Below, piece by piece: positions 9,923 to 20,715 of a DNA stretch of 64,000 nt. The notes under the pieces are model-generated. The model was not told the DNA's origin. It saw nothing but the letters and a program-made list of their open reading frames with translations, and searched no databases. The position numbers and the translations under genes were made by a program. The stretch's first letter is position 1. Every line of letters begins with the position of its first letter. This DNA comes from Pseudomonadota bacterium. Its GTDB lineage: Bacteria > Pseudomonadota > Gammaproteobacteria > Acidiferrobacterales > UBA6901. The stretch lies in contig DAHXOO010000008.1 in NCBI GenBank assembly GCA_027364845.1, positions 121 through 64,120 of the forward strand, given 5' to 3'.

Positions 9923-11332
9923 ATGTCCGGCGCCGACGTACTTAAGATGATCAAAGAAAAGGAAGTGAAATTCGTGGACTTCCGCTTTACCGACACCAAG
10001 GGCAAAGAGCAGCACGTGTCCGTGCCTGCAAGCACGGTTGATGCGTCCCTATTCGAGGAAGGCAAGATGTTTGACGGCTCTTCGATCGCGGGATGGAAAG
10101 GCATTCAGGAATCCGACATGATCCTTATGCCGGAGTCGGCTACTGCAGTGATGGACCCGTTTATGGAGGAAAGGACACTTATCTTGCGATGCGACGTTAT
10201 CGAACCGAACACAATGCAAGGTTATGAACGCGACCCACGCTCCCTCGCAAAGCGCGCCGAAGCTTACCTAAACAGCACAGGGATTGCCGATACCGCGTAT
10301 TTCGGACCTGAGGCCGAATTTTTCATTTTCGATGATGTGCGTTGGAGCTCTGATATCAGCGGCTCTTTTGTCAAAGTCGATTCCGAAGAAGCCTCGTGGA
10401 ACACCGAAAAGGTATACGAGGGCGGCAACATGGGCCATCGCCCCGGCATCAAGGGTGGTTATTTCCCGGTACCACCGGTCGACTCTCAGCAGGACATCCG
10501 TTCGGCCATGTGCCTTGCCATGGAAGAGATGGGGTTGAGCATCGAGACCCATCATCACGAGGTGGCGACCGCTGGCCAGAACGAGATTGGGATGAGATTC
10601 AACACCTTGATCAAGAAGGCCGACGAGCTTCAGATCTACAAATACTGCGTGCATAACGTCGCGCATGCCTATGGCAAGACTGCGACCTTCATGCCAAAAC
10701 CGCTGGTGGGAGATAACGGCTCCGGCATGCACGTGCACCAATCGCTGGCAAAGGGCGGCAAGAATCTGTTCACGGGCAACGGCTACGGTGGCCTAAGCGA
10801 TGTCGCCCTGTACTACATCGGCGGCATCATAAAGCATGCGCGCGCCGTGAATGCGTTCACTAATTCGCTTACAAACAGCTATAAGCGTCTGGTTCCCGGC
10901 TTCGAGGCTCCCGTCATGCTGGCATACTCGGCGCGCAACCGGTCCGCATCGATTCGTATTCCCTACGTTTCCAACCCGAAGGGGCGCCGCATCGAGGTGC
11001 GATTCCCGGATGCCGGCAGCAATCCGTACTTCGCTTTTGCTGCCATGCTGATGGCGGGTCTAGATGGCATCCAGAACAAGATTCATCCGGGCGAGGCCAT
11101 GGACAAGGACCTGTACGATCTGCCGCCGGAAGAGGAAAAGAAGATTCCTACCGTGTGCCACGCACTGGACCAAGCGCTGGAGGCCTTGGACAAGGATCGC
11201 AAGTTCCTAACCGCCGGTGGCGTGTTTACAGATGACCTCATCGATGCCTACATCGACCTCAAGATGAAAGAGGTGACGCGTCTGCGTATGACCACTCATC
11301 CAGTGGAATTCGATATGTACTATAGCGTCTGA
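9923..11332 (+). CDS. glnA: type I glutamate--ammonia ligase
   Basis: 469 aa from ATG 9923 preceded by AGGAGG; [16 protein letters not shown], and adenylylation-region '[12 protein letters not shown]' motifs. Confidence 0.98.
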   Translation: MSGADVLKMIKEKEVKFVDFRFTDTKGKEQHVSVPASTVDASLFEEGKMFDGSSIAGWKGIQESDMILMPESATAVMDPFMEERTLILRCDVIEPNTMQGYERDPRSLAKRAEAYLNSTGIADTAYFGPEAEFFIFDDVRWSSDISGSFVKVDSEEASWNTEKVYEGGNMGHRPGIKGGYFPVPPVDSQQDIRSAMCLAMEEMGLSIETHHHEVATAGQNEIGMRFNTLIKKADELQIYKYCVHNVAHAYGKTATFMPKPLVGDNGSGMHVHQSLAKGGKNLFTGNGYGGLSDVALYYIGGIIKHARAVNAFTNSLTNSYKRLVPGFEAPVMLAYSARNRSASIRIPYVSNPKGRRIEVRFPDAGSNPYFAFAAMLMAGLDGIQNKIHPGEAMDKDLYDLPPEEEKKIPTVCHALDQALEALDKDRKFLTAGGVFTDDLIDAYIDLKMKEVTRLRMTTHPVEFDMYYSV

Positions 11333-11354
11333 GTCGTCACCGGTACGGTCGTCC

Positions 11355-11386
11355 AAAAACGCCCCCTTTTATGGGGGCGTTTTTTA
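11355..11386 (+). terminator. Rho-independent terminator of glnA
   Basis: AAAAACGCCCCC ttttat GGGGGCGTTTTTT, directly after the glnA stop. Confidence 0.93.
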
Positions 11387-11411
11387 TTTGGTGATTTCTG
11401 GAATAGAAGAA

Positions 11412-11428
11412 TGCACCCTTTTGGTGCA
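11412..11428. promoter_or_regulatory. NtrC binding site upstream of glnL
   Basis: TGCACCCTTTTGGTGCA: perfect TGCACC-N5-GGTGCA palindrome between the glnA terminator and glnL. Confidence 0.85.
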
Positions 11429-11544
11429 TTTCATTTCCTGTTAATATGAGTTTTCTTTATAAATCCTTTATTTTTAAAGGAAATCATAAATGGTGTAATT
11501 TTTGCTAACTGTAATTTTGTCAAAATGCAAAGGGATAAGATCCA

Positions 11545-12597
11545 TTGAACGACTGTCGGCATATCCTGGAGAACCTGAGCGCGACCGTGATGGTGCTCGA
11601 CAGTTCGTTGCGCCTGCTTTCCATCAATCCGGCTGGGGAAATGCTGTTTGAAGTCAGTGCCCGTCAGATCCTCGGACAGCCCATCACCGATCTGCTCCCA
11701 CACAACGCGGCGCTGATCCAACAGCTCAACGAGGCGCTTCGCAGCGGCCACCCCTTCACCGAGCACGGTCTGCGAGCCAGTCTTGCGGACGGTCGCGACA
11801 TCACCGTGGATTGTGCCGCCACGCCTCTTGCAGTCGGCGTCACCACCGAGATGCTCATCGAATTGACCCCGGTGGACCGGCTGTTGCGCATCGCACGCGA
11901 GGAGAAAATGCTTGACCAGCATGCCACTAGCCGCGCGTTGATTCGCGGCCTCGCGCACGAGATCAAGAACCCGCTGGGCGGGTTGCGCGGCGCAGCGCAG
12001 CTGCTCGAACGCAAGCTCCCCAACAATGAACTTGCCGAGTACACACGCATCATTATTCGCGAGGCCGATCGCCTGCGCGGCCTCGTTGATCGCATGATCG
12101 GCCCGAACGTGCCACTCAACAAACGTCCGACGAACATCCACCAGGTATTCGAGCACGTGCGCAGCCTCATATTGGCTGAGATTCCGGAAGGTATCAGCGT
12201 ACGCCGCGATTACGACCCGAGCCTGCCGGAGTTTCTGGGCGACTCGGATCAGCTCATCCAGGCAATCCTTAATATCGCACGCAATGCAGCACAGGCACTG
12301 GACGGAAAGGGCGCGGTATGGCTTCGCTCGCGCGTCGAACGCAAGTTCACCATCGGTCAAAACCGCCATCGATTGACGCTGCGCGCTGAAATCGAGGACA
12401 ACGGCCCAGGCGTACCAGATGAGCTCAAGGAACACATCTTTTATCCGATGATCACCGGTCGGGCAGAAGGTACCGGTCTCGGCCTGTCGATAGCGCAGGA
12501 CATCATTCACCAGCACGGGGGGATGATCGAATGCGTCAGCCGACCGCTGCAGACGATTTTTCGCATTTATTTACCGATGGAGGTTGGCAATGGTTAG
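11545..12597 (+). CDS. glnL: nitrogen regulation sensor histidine kinase NtrB
   Basis: 350 aa; PAS domain plus 'RGLAHEIKNPLGGLRGAAQLLERKL' H-box, followed directly by ntrC. Confidence 0.96.
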   Translation: MNDCRHILENLSATVMVLDSSLRLLSINPAGEMLFEVSARQILGQPITDLLPHNAALIQQLNEALRSGHPFTEHGLRASLADGRDITVDCAATPLAVGVTTEMLIELTPVDRLLRIAREEKMLDQHATSRALIRGLAHEIKNPLGGLRGAAQLLERKLPNNELAEYTRIIIREADRLRGLVDRMIGPNVPLNKRPTNIHQVFEHVRSLILAEIPEGISVRRDYDPSLPEFLGDSDQLIQAILNIARNAAQALDGKGAVWLRSRVERKFTIGQNRHRLTLRAEIEDNGPGVPDELKEHIFYPMITGRAEGTGLGLSIAQDIIHQHGGMIECVSRPLQTIFRIYLPMEVGNG

Positions 12598-13984
12598 GCA
12601 GGAGGCAGCGTGGGTTATCGACGATGACCAGTCCATCCGTTGGGTGCTCGAGCGGGCGCTGCAGCAGGAGGGCATCGCGGTCCGCAGCTTCGAGTCAGCG
12701 GAGGATATTCTCGCTAGCCTCAGCCACCAGCAGCCCGATGCGATCATCACCGATATCCGCATGCCCGGCCTCAATGGACTCGATCTCCTGGAGTCAATCC
12801 GTGCCCGTTTTCCGGAGTTGCCGATCATCATTATGACCGCGCATTCTGATCTCGAAAGTGCGGTTGCCGCCTACCGTGGCGGCGCATTCGAATACCTGCC
12901 GAAGCCTTTCGACGTCGACGATGCTGTCAGACTTACGCGTCGCGCCATAGAACATCACCGCAGGCACCGCAACAGCCCGCTGCCCGGACACAACGCGGCG
13001 CCGGAGATTCTCGGCGAAGCCCCAGCGATGCAGGAGGTTTTTCGGGCCATAGGACGCCTGTCGCGTTCGCATTTGAACGTGCTCATCAATGGCGAGTCAG
13101 GTACAGGGAAGGAACTGGTGGCGCGTGCGCTTCACCGCCACAGCCCGCGCGCGGACAAGCCGTTCATCGCCATAAATATCGCGGCGATTCCCGGCGAGCT
13201 TTTGGAGTCCGAGTTGTTCGGACATGAACGCGGGGCGTTCACCGGTGCATTGTCGCAGCGCAAGGGCCGCTTCGAGCAGGCCCATGGGGGCACGTTATTT
13301 CTCGACGAAATCGGGGACATGCCGGCCGAGCTTCAGACCCGGCTGCTGCGCGTGCTCTCGGATGGAAAGTTCTATCGGGTCGGCGGACACGAGCAAATCG
13401 AGACTGATGTGCGTATCGTCGCAGCGACCAACCAGGATCTCGAGAACCGGGTCAGGGACGGCCGTTTCCGCGAAGATCTGTTTCACCGGTTGAACGTGAT
13501 TCGCGTGCACATTCCGCCACTGCGAGCGCGCCAGGAGGACATTCCAGTGCTCGCGCGCCATTTCCTGGAGACGTCAGCGCAGGAACTGGGCACCGAAACC
13601 AAGCAGTTGTTGCCGGAGACGGATGTTTACATAAGCGGTCTGTCGTGGCCCGGAAATGTCCGTCAGCTTGAAAACACCTGCCGCTGGCTCACTGTCATGG
13701 CGCCGGGACAGACTGTGCGGATCGAGGACCTCCCGCAGGAACTGCGTGCAGCCGAAGTCGATCCACAGCGTGCACAGGACTGGGAAGCTGGGCTGCGGCG
13801 GCTGATCGAGCAACGTCTGACGCTGGGCGAGACGAATATCCTCGAAAAACTCAATCCTGACTTCGAGCGCATCCTGATCGAAGTGGCGCTCACGCACACG
13901 GGTGGCAGAAAACAGGATGCGGCACGCAAACTTGGCTGGGGCCGGAACACGCTTACACGCAAACTCAAGGAACTGGGAATGTGA
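12590..13984 (+). CDS. glnG: nitrogen regulation response regulator NtrC
   Basis: Receiver ([17 protein letters not shown]), AAA+ with GESGTGKE and GAFTGA, C-terminal Fis HTH ([19 protein letters not shown]). Confidence 0.97.
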   Translation: MVRQEAAWVIDDDQSIRWVLERALQQEGIAVRSFESAEDILASLSHQQPDAIITDIRMPGLNGLDLLESIRARFPELPIIIMTAHSDLESAVAAYRGGAFEYLPKPFDVDDAVRLTRRAIEHHRRHRNSPLPGHNAAPEILGEAPAMQEVFRAIGRLSRSHLNVLINGESGTGKELVARALHRHSPRADKPFIAINIAAIPGELLESELFGHERGAFTGALSQRKGRFEQAHGGTLFLDEIGDMPAELQTRLLRVLSDGKFYRVGGHEQIETDVRIVAATNQDLENRVRDGRFREDLFHRLNVIRVHIPPLRARQEDIPVLARHFLETSAQELGTETKQLLPETDVYISGLSWPGNVRQLENTCRWLTVMAPGQTVRIEDLPQELRAAEVDPQRAQDWEAGLRRLIEQRLTLGETNILEKLNPDFERILIEVALTHTGGRKQDAARKLGWGRNTLTRKLKELGM

Positions 13985-14102
13985 ACTGGGCAGCGCTGGG
14001 ATCTGGACTCGCGCCCGGCCTTGTGTACACCCCTGCTGCGGCGGACGGTCCGGACTTTCTTCACCTCTGCTTCCGGTTACCCGGCGTTCTGCCAGCACGG
14101 GA

Positions 14103-15353
14103 TCAGTCCTCGGCCCGCACACTCCTTGCGAGTGGCGGAAGATCGCCCTCGAGACCAATGGCCCGCCGCATGATCAGGCGCTTGACCGGACCGAGGCTAT
14201 CAGCGACGGTCAAACCGAAATTGCGCGCGGCCCGGACCGGCCAGTAGTCCGTGCCGAAGGCGCGTTTGAAGGCGTCGGAAACGGCAAGCATCATAAGGTT
14301 CCCGCCCTTGCGCCAGCGCTCGTAGCGGCGCAATACTCCCGACGCCCCGATGTCTCGATCCAGCTGGAACGCGCCGCCGACTATCTCTGCCAGCGCTGCG
14401 GCGTCAAGCAGCCCCAGATTAACTCCTTGCCCAGCAAGGGGATGAATACGGTGCGCCGCGTCTCCAACGAGCGCCACTCGCGTGTCCACATAGCGCTCGG
14501 CATGCGCAAAACCAAGCGGAAATGCGGCACGCGCGCTCACCCACTCGATCGCGCCCAGCCTGTCCCCAAAGCTTGCCTGGAGCTCCTGGCGGAAGGCGCT
14601 ATCCTCCAGATCCAGCAGAGACTTCCCGTAACGGGTGTCGCACGACCAGACAATGGAGCAAAGGCTTGGATCGCACAGCGGCAGAAATGCCAGAGGCCCG
14701 CTTGCAAGAAACACCTGGCGCGCGGCCTCGCCATGGGGCATGGAGGTTCGAACAGTGGCGACGATGGCGATCTGATCGTAACTCCCGCCGCGGCTATTGA
14801 TCCCTGCCAGTCCACGCACATGTGATTCGGCCCCGTCAGCGCCCACTACCAGCTGCGCCGTGCACACCGTCCCGTCGGAAAGCGTCACCGCGACCCCGGC
14901 CTCGCGCATTTCGATTGCGTCAAGCATGACCGGACACTTGATGCTGACAGCTGGCAATCGCGCGATGTGTGTATGCGCAGCGTACATGACTACGCGGTTC
15001 TCGATGATGTAACCAAGCTGCGCCTCACCAAGCTCAGCCGCGTCAAAATGAATCGCCCCGGGGCCACGTGCGTCCCAGACGTACATTTCCCGCAGCGGAC
15101 ATACGCGTCGCTGCACAAGGTCCTGCCACATTCCGAGGTTCCGGAAAATCGCACGCGATGCCAGCGTAATGGCGCTCACGCGCAGATCGTATTCATCGCG
15201 AAAATCGGCCGCTGGAACCTGGCTATCGACAATCACGACGCGCATTCCCGCCTGTCCACAGGCAAGCGCGAGCGTGGCACCGACCATGCCCGCTCCCGCA
15301 ATGACCAGGTCGCAATCCATACCGGCTCCCCGGCCAGCGTGACGGCCATTCAT
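14103..15353 (-). CDS. FAD-dependent ubiquinone-biosynthesis-type hydroxylase (UbiH/UbiF/VisC/COQ6 family)
   Basis: ORF 14103-15404; DLVIAGAGMVGATLALACGQAG FAD motif, 'LVALVGDAAHRIHPLAGQGVNLGLLD'. Start assignment approximate. Confidence 0.88.
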   Translation of the reverse strand: MNGRHAGRGAGMDCDLVIAGAGMVGATLALACGQAGMRVVIVDSQVPAADFRDEYDLRVSAITLASRAIFRNLGMWQDLVQRRVCPLREMYVWDARGPGAIHFDAAELGEAQLGYIIENRVVMYAAHTHIARLPAVSIKCPVMLDAIEMREAGVAVTLSDGTVCTAQLVVGADGAESHVRGLAGINSRGGSYDQIAIVATVRTSMPHGEAARQVFLASGPLAFLPLCDPSLCSIVWSCDTRYGKSLLDLEDSAFRQELQASFGDRLGAIEWVSARAAFPLGFAHAERYVDTRVALVGDAAHRIHPLAGQGVNLGLLDAAALAEIVGGAFQLDRDIGASGVLRRYERWRKGGNLMMLAVSDAFKRAFGTDYWPVRAARNFGLTVADSLGPVKRLIMRRAIGLEGDLPPLARSVRAED

Positions 15354-15431
15354 TCTGCTCACCACAGCGACCCGAAACTGCACCGGCTGCGGGTCACACG
15401 GCATAAAGCTGCAAATCCCTCCATGGGTGGA

Positions 15432-16664
15432 CTAAAACAGCGGCAGGCCGCGGGCGAGCCGCGGAAGCCGCCCGGCGAGACCCATGGTACGATGCACCAG
15501 CCCGCGCTTGATTCCCGGAACGAGGTCCACTGCCACCAGCCCCAGATTGCGCATGACCACAAGCGGCGCAAAGCTGTTGGAAAATAACCGCACAAGTCCA
15601 TCTGTGAAACTGCTCACGGCGAGGTTGTCGCGCCGGCGCCAGTCTGCATAGGTGCGCAGAACGTCCACCGCTCCAGGATCGTCACTCCGACGCCGGGCCT
15701 CGACCAGCACCTGGGCCAAAGCGGCGACGTCGCGCAGCCCCAGGTTGAAGCCCTGTCCGGCTACCGGATGCAAGGTGTGAGCCGCATTGCCAATGAGAGC
15801 AAGGCGCGCGCGCACGTGCTCCGCGACTCGTGTCAAGGCGAGCGCGTAGGATCGACGTGTGCCAACTTTGGTGAATCGGCCGAGTCGCTCGCCGAAGCTG
15901 TCCTGCAGCCGTTCAAGAAAGGGTGCGTCCGGCAGCGCCAGCACCGCCTCCGCCTGGTCGGGAGGCAGACTCCAGACTACGCTACAGCGGTTCTCCGACA
16001 TGGGCAGCAGCGCTAGCGGGCCGTCTGCCGTAAACCGCTCAAACGCCGTCCCCTCGTGTGCGCGCTCTGCTGATACGTTGGTCACCACTGCGGTCTGGCC
16101 GTAGTTTATCCGGCGGACGGCAATTCCGGACGCCGCCCGCACTGCCGAGTCACCGCCATCGGCCGCCACGACTAACCGGGTGGTCAGTCTCTTTATTATG
16201 CCCTCGTGATCAATCACTACCGAAGCGCAGTCAACCGAAAAGTCGATAGACGTCAAGGTCGCTGGCTGCAGCAATGCTGTCTCGGACGTCACCCGCAGCC
16301 GCGCGTTCAACACCGCGCCGAGCACACGATTCTCCACTACGTATCCCAGCGCCTCGACACCCGCTGCGGCAGCGTCGAGACGGGTGAATCCGAAATGGCC
16401 ACGGTCTGAAACATGGATGCGCTTGATGGCCGTTACACCGGCCGCGGCAGCCTGCAGGCTTTCCCAGACACCCAGTGCCGAAAAAATACGTTTCGACCCG
16501 TAGGCCAGGGCAATGGTGCGGTCGTCATAACTTGGCTGCCGAACATCGCCATAGGGCACCGATTCGATCACCCCAATGCGCAGGCCGCTGCCGCCGAGGG
16601 CGATGCCTAGGCTGGCCCCCACCATGCCGCCGCCGATGATCAGAACGTCATAGTCCGGTTGCAT
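15432..16664 (-). CDS. ubiH: FAD-dependent ubiquinone-biosynthesis-type hydroxylase (UbiH-like)
   Basis: ORF 15432-16703; DVLIIGGGMVGASLGIALG, 'LALIGNAAHTLHPVAGQGFNLGLRD'; position between visC-like gene and pepP. Confidence 0.85.
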   Translation of the reverse strand: MQPDYDVLIIGGGMVGASLGIALGGSGLRIGVIESVPYGDVRQPSYDDRTIALAYGSKRIFSALGVWESLQAAAAGVTAIKRIHVSDRGHFGFTRLDAAAAGVEALGYVVENRVLGAVLNARLRVTSETALLQPATLTSIDFSVDCASVVIDHEGIIKRLTTRLVVAADGGDSAVRAASGIAVRRINYGQTAVVTNVSAERAHEGTAFERFTADGPLALLPMSENRCSVVWSLPPDQAEAVLALPDAPFLERLQDSFGERLGRFTKVGTRRSYALALTRVAEHVRARLALIGNAAHTLHPVAGQGFNLGLRDVAALAQVLVEARRRSDDPGAVDVLRTYADWRRRDNLAVSSFTDGLVRLFSNSFAPLVVMRNLGLVAVDLVPGIKRGLVHRTMGLAGRLPRLARGLPLF

Positions 16665-16736
16665 AAGCAGTCCTAGTTTCCAACTCGGCCACGATGCCTC
16701 CATTGGACATGCGCCTGAATACCCGCAAGCCGCTGG

Positions 16737-18044
16737 TCACCGCCCGTGCATCAAAGATTCGATCTCGGGAATCGTCTTTGGTGCCTCATGGCTGAGCACC
16801 TCGTTGCCATCGCGCACGACCAGCACGTCATCTTCTATGCGCACGCCAATATTCCAGAACTCGCGCGGCACTTCCTTGTTTCCTGCAGCGATGTACAGGC
16901 CAGGCTCCACCGTTAAGACCATTCCCGGCTCCAACAGCCGCCAGGCCTCGTGCACCTTGTAATCGCCGACATCATGCACGTCCATTCCCAGCCAGTGGCC
17001 AGTGCGGTGCATGTAAAAACGCTTGTAGTCGCCGTTTTCCACGAGTCCGTCGACCTCTCCCTTCAGCAGGCCGAGATCCAGCAACCCCTGCGCGAGAATG
17101 CGCACGGCAGTGTCGTGCGGCTCGTTCCAATGACCGCCAGCGCGCACCCGCCCGATCGCCGCGAGCTGCGCCTCCAGTACAATTTCGTATACTGCTTTCT
17201 GGGCACCGCTGAATCTGCCATTGACCGGGAAGGTGCGCGTTATATCGGCAGCATAGCTATCCATCTCGGCTGCGGCGTCGATCAAAAGCAGGTCGCCGTC
17301 TTTCAGTTCCCCGCTGTTTTCGGTGTAATGCAAAATGCAGCCGTTGGCGCCTCCTCCCACGATCGGCGGGTATGCGGGGAACCGGCTGCCTCCCTTCATA
17401 AACTCGTAGAGCAGCTCGGCTTCGATCTCGTACTCCATCGCACCGGGCCGGCTGGCAATCATAGCCTGTCGATGAGCACGCGCCGAGATCCTGGCCGCCT
17501 TGCGCATGAGCCGCAATTCTTCGGGTCGCTTGATCAACCGCATCTCATGAAGGATGTGGTCAAGATCGACGAATTCACCGGGCGCATGCACCCCGTTACG
17601 CGCCTTGGCCCGGACTTCGTTGACCCAGCTCATGAGTCGGTGATCGAACTCCGGGTTACGCCCCATGCTGCAGAAAACCTTTTCGCGGTTTTCGAGCAGC
17701 CCCGGAAGAATATCGTCGATGTCGTCGATCGGAAATGCGTCGTCAGCGCCGTAGGTCTCCTGGGCGCCATCTACTCCGGCGCGCCTTCCCTCCCAGATTT
17801 CCTTTTCCGGATTCTTGTCCCGGCAGAACAGAATGAACTCGCCATGGGTGCGCCCCGGTACCAGCACCGCGACTGCCTCTGGCTCCGGGAAATGCGTGAG
17901 GTAGTAAAAATCGCTGTCGGGGCGAAAAGGAAAATCTACATCGCGATTGCGGGTGCGCACGGGTGCCGTTGGCAGTATCGCAACACCCCCGCCCATTTGA
18001 TCCATCAGCTCGCGCCGACGCTTGGCGAAATCGGTCATATTCAT
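16737..18044 (-). CDS. pepP: Xaa-Pro aminopeptidase (aminopeptidase P)
   Basis: ORF 16737-18098; M24 metal ligands DAAAEMDSYAADITRTFPVNG, HRTGHWLGMDVHD, EPGLYI. Likely start MNMTDFAKRRRELM. Confidence 0.95.
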   Translation of the reverse strand: MNMTDFAKRRRELMDQMGGGVAILPTAPVRTRNRDVDFPFRPDSDFYYLTHFPEPEAVAVLVPGRTHGEFILFCRDKNPEKEIWEGRRAGVDGAQETYGADDAFPIDDIDDILPGLLENREKVFCSMGRNPEFDHRLMSWVNEVRAKARNGVHAPGEFVDLDHILHEMRLIKRPEELRLMRKAARISARAHRQAMIASRPGAMEYEIEAELLYEFMKGGSRFPAYPPIVGGGANGCILHYTENSGELKDGDLLLIDAAAEMDSYAADITRTFPVNGRFSGAQKAVYEIVLEAQLAAIGRVRAGGHWNEPHDTAVRILAQGLLDLGLLKGEVDGLVENGDYKRFYMHRTGHWLGMDVHDVGDYKVHEAWRLLEPGMVLTVEPGLYIAAGNKEVPREFWNIGVRIEDDVLVVRDGNEVLSHEAPKTIPEIESLMHGR

Positions 18045-18270
18045 GATTCCATTATGCCCCATCAGGCCGGTTGTTTGAAAACCGGCTGCGGCGGCCAACC
18101 AGTCGCCGCAGCGTGCTTCCGGGCGAGACCTTATCGTCCGTTCGTCGGCGCCGCATGCCGCGTGCTGGGCACGTCGAGCGCTCTGCTATATATTGAACTG
18201 CACAGAAGCGCCTGTCCGTTCGGCCTGTGCAATCTTTTAACCTAAGCAAAAATACCAATTGGAGTTCGCC

Positions 18271-18687
18271 ATGGAAAAATTCAGCATCACAACAAGATCC
18301 GTTAGTCGCTTCTTGATCCTGTGCCTAGTGTTCATGGGAGTTCATGTGGCGGCCGCACGTGCGCAGATTGTCGGCACCGAGGCTGCACTCAACAGCCAGG
18401 CGGCGGACTCGGGTAACCGGGCACGCCTGCATACGTTCCTCGAGCGCAAGGAAGTGCGTCATCAGATGCTGGCGATGGGCGTGAACCCGCAAGACGTCAG
18501 CGCGCGCGTCAACAGCCTGACCACCACCCAGGTCGCAGACCTCGCGGGCCGGATTAACAAGCTGCCCGCGGGCGGGGACTTAGGGGGCGTGTTGTTCGTC
18601 GCCTTGGTCGTGTTTCTGGTTCTTCTGTATACCGATATCATGGGTTACACCAATGTCTTTCCGTTTGTGAAGAAACACGCACGCTAG
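18271..18687 (+). CDS. PA2779-family protein (small exported protein with C-terminal TM)
   Basis: Signal-like N-terminus, 'FLERKEVRHQMLAMGVNPQDVSARVNSLTTTQVADLAGRINKLPAGGD', C-terminal hydrophobic segment; family recalled from knowledge. Confidence 0.78.
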   Translation: MEKFSITTRSVSRFLILCLVFMGVHVAAARAQIVGTEAALNSQAADSGNRARLHTFLERKEVRHQMLAMGVNPQDVSARVNSLTTTQVADLAGRINKLPAGGDLGGVLFVALVVFLVLLYTDIMGYTNVFPFVKKHAR

Positions 18688-18694
18688 CGGTAGA

Positions 18695-19846
18695 ATGGAG
18701 GGCGTGGCCGGCTGCGGGCAGATCCATCGGCAAAACGTAGTGGATATGGCCAGCGAGGTTGAACTAATTCAGGGCGAGCGGCGGCGCAGGTCGGTCCGTT
18801 GCCTGCCCGTGTCCCCGGGGGCTTCCCTCCGGCATCGGGCTGCAGTTGGTTTCGTGCTTGTCGCTGTACTTCTGTCCGGGTGCGCCACCACGCCCCAGAC
18901 AGATAGCGTGCGTGCCAGCACGCAGTTTGGCCATCAGATCAGCCGTGTCAGTGGAGTTCCGTTTTTTGCGCAGAAAGCCTACCAGTGCGGCCCGGCCTCG
19001 CTTGCGATGGCGCTCAACTGGTCCGGGGTTCCGGTTGCGCCGGAGCAACTGACTCCCCAAGTCTTCCTGCCCAAGCGCAAGGGCAGTCTGCAAATTGAAA
19101 TGGTGGCCGCAGCACGCCGCAACGGGCGGATTGCCTACGTCATCCAGCCTGGGCTACCGTCGCTTCTGACCGAGCTTGGCGCTGGCAATCCGGTGGTCAT
19201 CTTGGAGAATCTCGGTCTGAGCTGGTACCCGGTGTGGCATTACGCCGTCGCGGTGGGTGTCAACGTAGCCGCAGATGAGGTGATCCTTCGCTCCGGCGAC
19301 GCTGCCCGCCAGAACATGCCACTCGGCCTGTTCGAGCGTACCTGGGCACGCAGCGACGATTGGGGCCTGCTGGTCCTTCCGCCGAACCGCCTGCCGGCCA
19401 CGGCCGAGAAGCGCCCCTATCTTAGGGCCGTGGCTGCGCTGGAACGGCTGAACCATTTTCATCAGGCGCACACGGCCTACACCACCGCCCTGCGGCGCTG
19501 GCCGGACAGTCTGGTGGCGCAGATCGGACTGGGAAATACGTGTTACGCACTTAAGGAACTCGCATGTGCCGAGGATGCCTACCGCAAAGCGACCCGCTTG
19601 CATCCCAGCTCGGGCATTGCCTACAACAATCTGGCCCAGACGCTGGCGGACGAAGGCCGTCTCGTCGAAGCAGTCAAGTCTGCACGCCAGGCTGTCGCCC
19701 TGGGCGGACCGTTGGCAGCCACCTTCAGGGGAACCCTAGCCAAAATCGAAACCCGTCAAGGCGCCGGCGCATCGAAGGAACACCCGCGCTTTGGTAACGG
19801 ACATGCGCGGCAACATTTGTCCAGTTCGGGCGTTGACGGCAGATAA
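18695..19846 (+). CDS. PA2778-family C39-like cysteine peptidase lipoprotein with TPR-like C-terminus
   Basis: Lipobox 'VLLSGC'; 'SGVPFFAQKAYQCGPASLAMAL' catalytic Cys block, 'VWHYAVAVG' His, C-terminal TPR-like repeats. Start uncertain (alternatives downstream). Confidence 0.82.
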   Translation: MEGVAGCGQIHRQNVVDMASEVELIQGERRRRSVRCLPVSPGASLRHRAAVGFVLVAVLLSGCATTPQTDSVRASTQFGHQISRVSGVPFFAQKAYQCGPASLAMALNWSGVPVAPEQLTPQVFLPKRKGSLQIEMVAAARRNGRIAYVIQPGLPSLLTELGAGNPVVILENLGLSWYPVWHYAVAVGVNVAADEVILRSGDAARQNMPLGLFERTWARSDDWGLLVLPPNRLPATAEKRPYLRAVAALERLNHFHQAHTAYTTALRRWPDSLVAQIGLGNTCYALKELACAEDAYRKATRLHPSSGIAYNNLAQTLADEGRLVEAVKSARQAVALGGPLAATFRGTLAKIETRQGAGASKEHPRFGNGHARQHLSSSGVDGR

Positions 19847-19956
19847 CCCGGACACGCACATCATTTCTGTTACCAAGCAACAGGGCCATTTAACGGATTC
19901 CCCTGTCCGCTATATGTTCGCGTGGTATGGGGTCGAAACAGCGAATTGGAGGGCAA

Positions 19957-20286
19957 TCAGAACCGCACGATGCGCGCTTCGTAGGGAAACACCAGCAAGC
20001 GGTAAAGCGTTTCACCGACCTGGACATGACCGTACTGCGGGGCCCCAATAGTTACCGTGTCGCCACCCACGGGCGAGAGTCCAGCACCGCCGAAGCGTCT
20101 CTCAAGAATGAGTACCTGCAGCAACTCCTCCAGCGTCTGACGGTCGATGTCGCCGGTGTTGTCAACGAGCCGGCAGGCATGGCCATTACTCATTACGCCA
20201 TCGACAATTATGGCATTGGCATCGATGGGATTCTGTTCATCAAATCTGCGCACGGAATCGGCAAGACTCGGCATGTCCGGCACCAT
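19957..20286 (-). CDS. hypothetical protein, ~109 aa
   Basis: Plausible protein composition (MPSLADSVRRFDEQNPIDANAIIVDGVMSNGHACRLVDNTGDIDRQTLEELLQVLILERRF...); weakly supported. Confidence 0.4.
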   Translation of the reverse strand: MVPDMPSLADSVRRFDEQNPIDANAIIVDGVMSNGHACRLVDNTGDIDRQTLEELLQVLILERRFGGAGLSPVGGDTVTIGAPQYGHVQVGETLYRLLVFPYEARIVRF

Positions 20287-20556
20287 GATCTGGCCTGCGT
20301 TTATGGGGACTGCTACCTATCCTATCATCCGAAGCATTCTGGCAATAGGCGCGCAGTGGCCGGCATGCGCGTTGCGTCCACAAAGGACCGCTGGTCACGA
20401 AGCAGCGTCGCCCGAACACCTGGCCTCTACGACCCGCGGGTTGCTCGGTCGAACACTGCCAGCCGTCCGATGTCCGGGGTCTTAGCGCGAGCGCTTCCGG
20501 TCGACGAAGGTATCCGTCCTCGTGATGGGGGTTTCTCCTTACCAGCCCTGGTAGAG

Positions 20557-20580
20557 CTAGCCCATCTTTCGCTATTCGCC
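20557..20580. repeat. left terminal inverted repeat of the IS
   Basis: Perfect reverse complement of 22562-22585. Confidence 0.93.
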
Positions 20581-20715
20581 TCCCTATCAACTCCGTTCGT
20601 TGATTTTGGCTGGTCGTAACGCATTGAAGTGCTTCGCCTTTGATAAGGCCGACGTTGAAAAACCGCGTGTAGTGAAGACTTTGGTTGTTGCCAACGTCGC
20701 CCAAGCTTTTACACT

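Noticed and set aside
11431-12516. 361-aa minus-strand ORF opposite glnL
   Set aside because: Shadow ORF of the conserved NtrB gene; ends/starts carry no recognisable domain.
16950-18245. 431-aa plus-strand ORF antisense to pepP
   Set aside because: Fully overlaps a clearly conserved pepP on the other strand; composition is typical of a high-GC shadow ORF.
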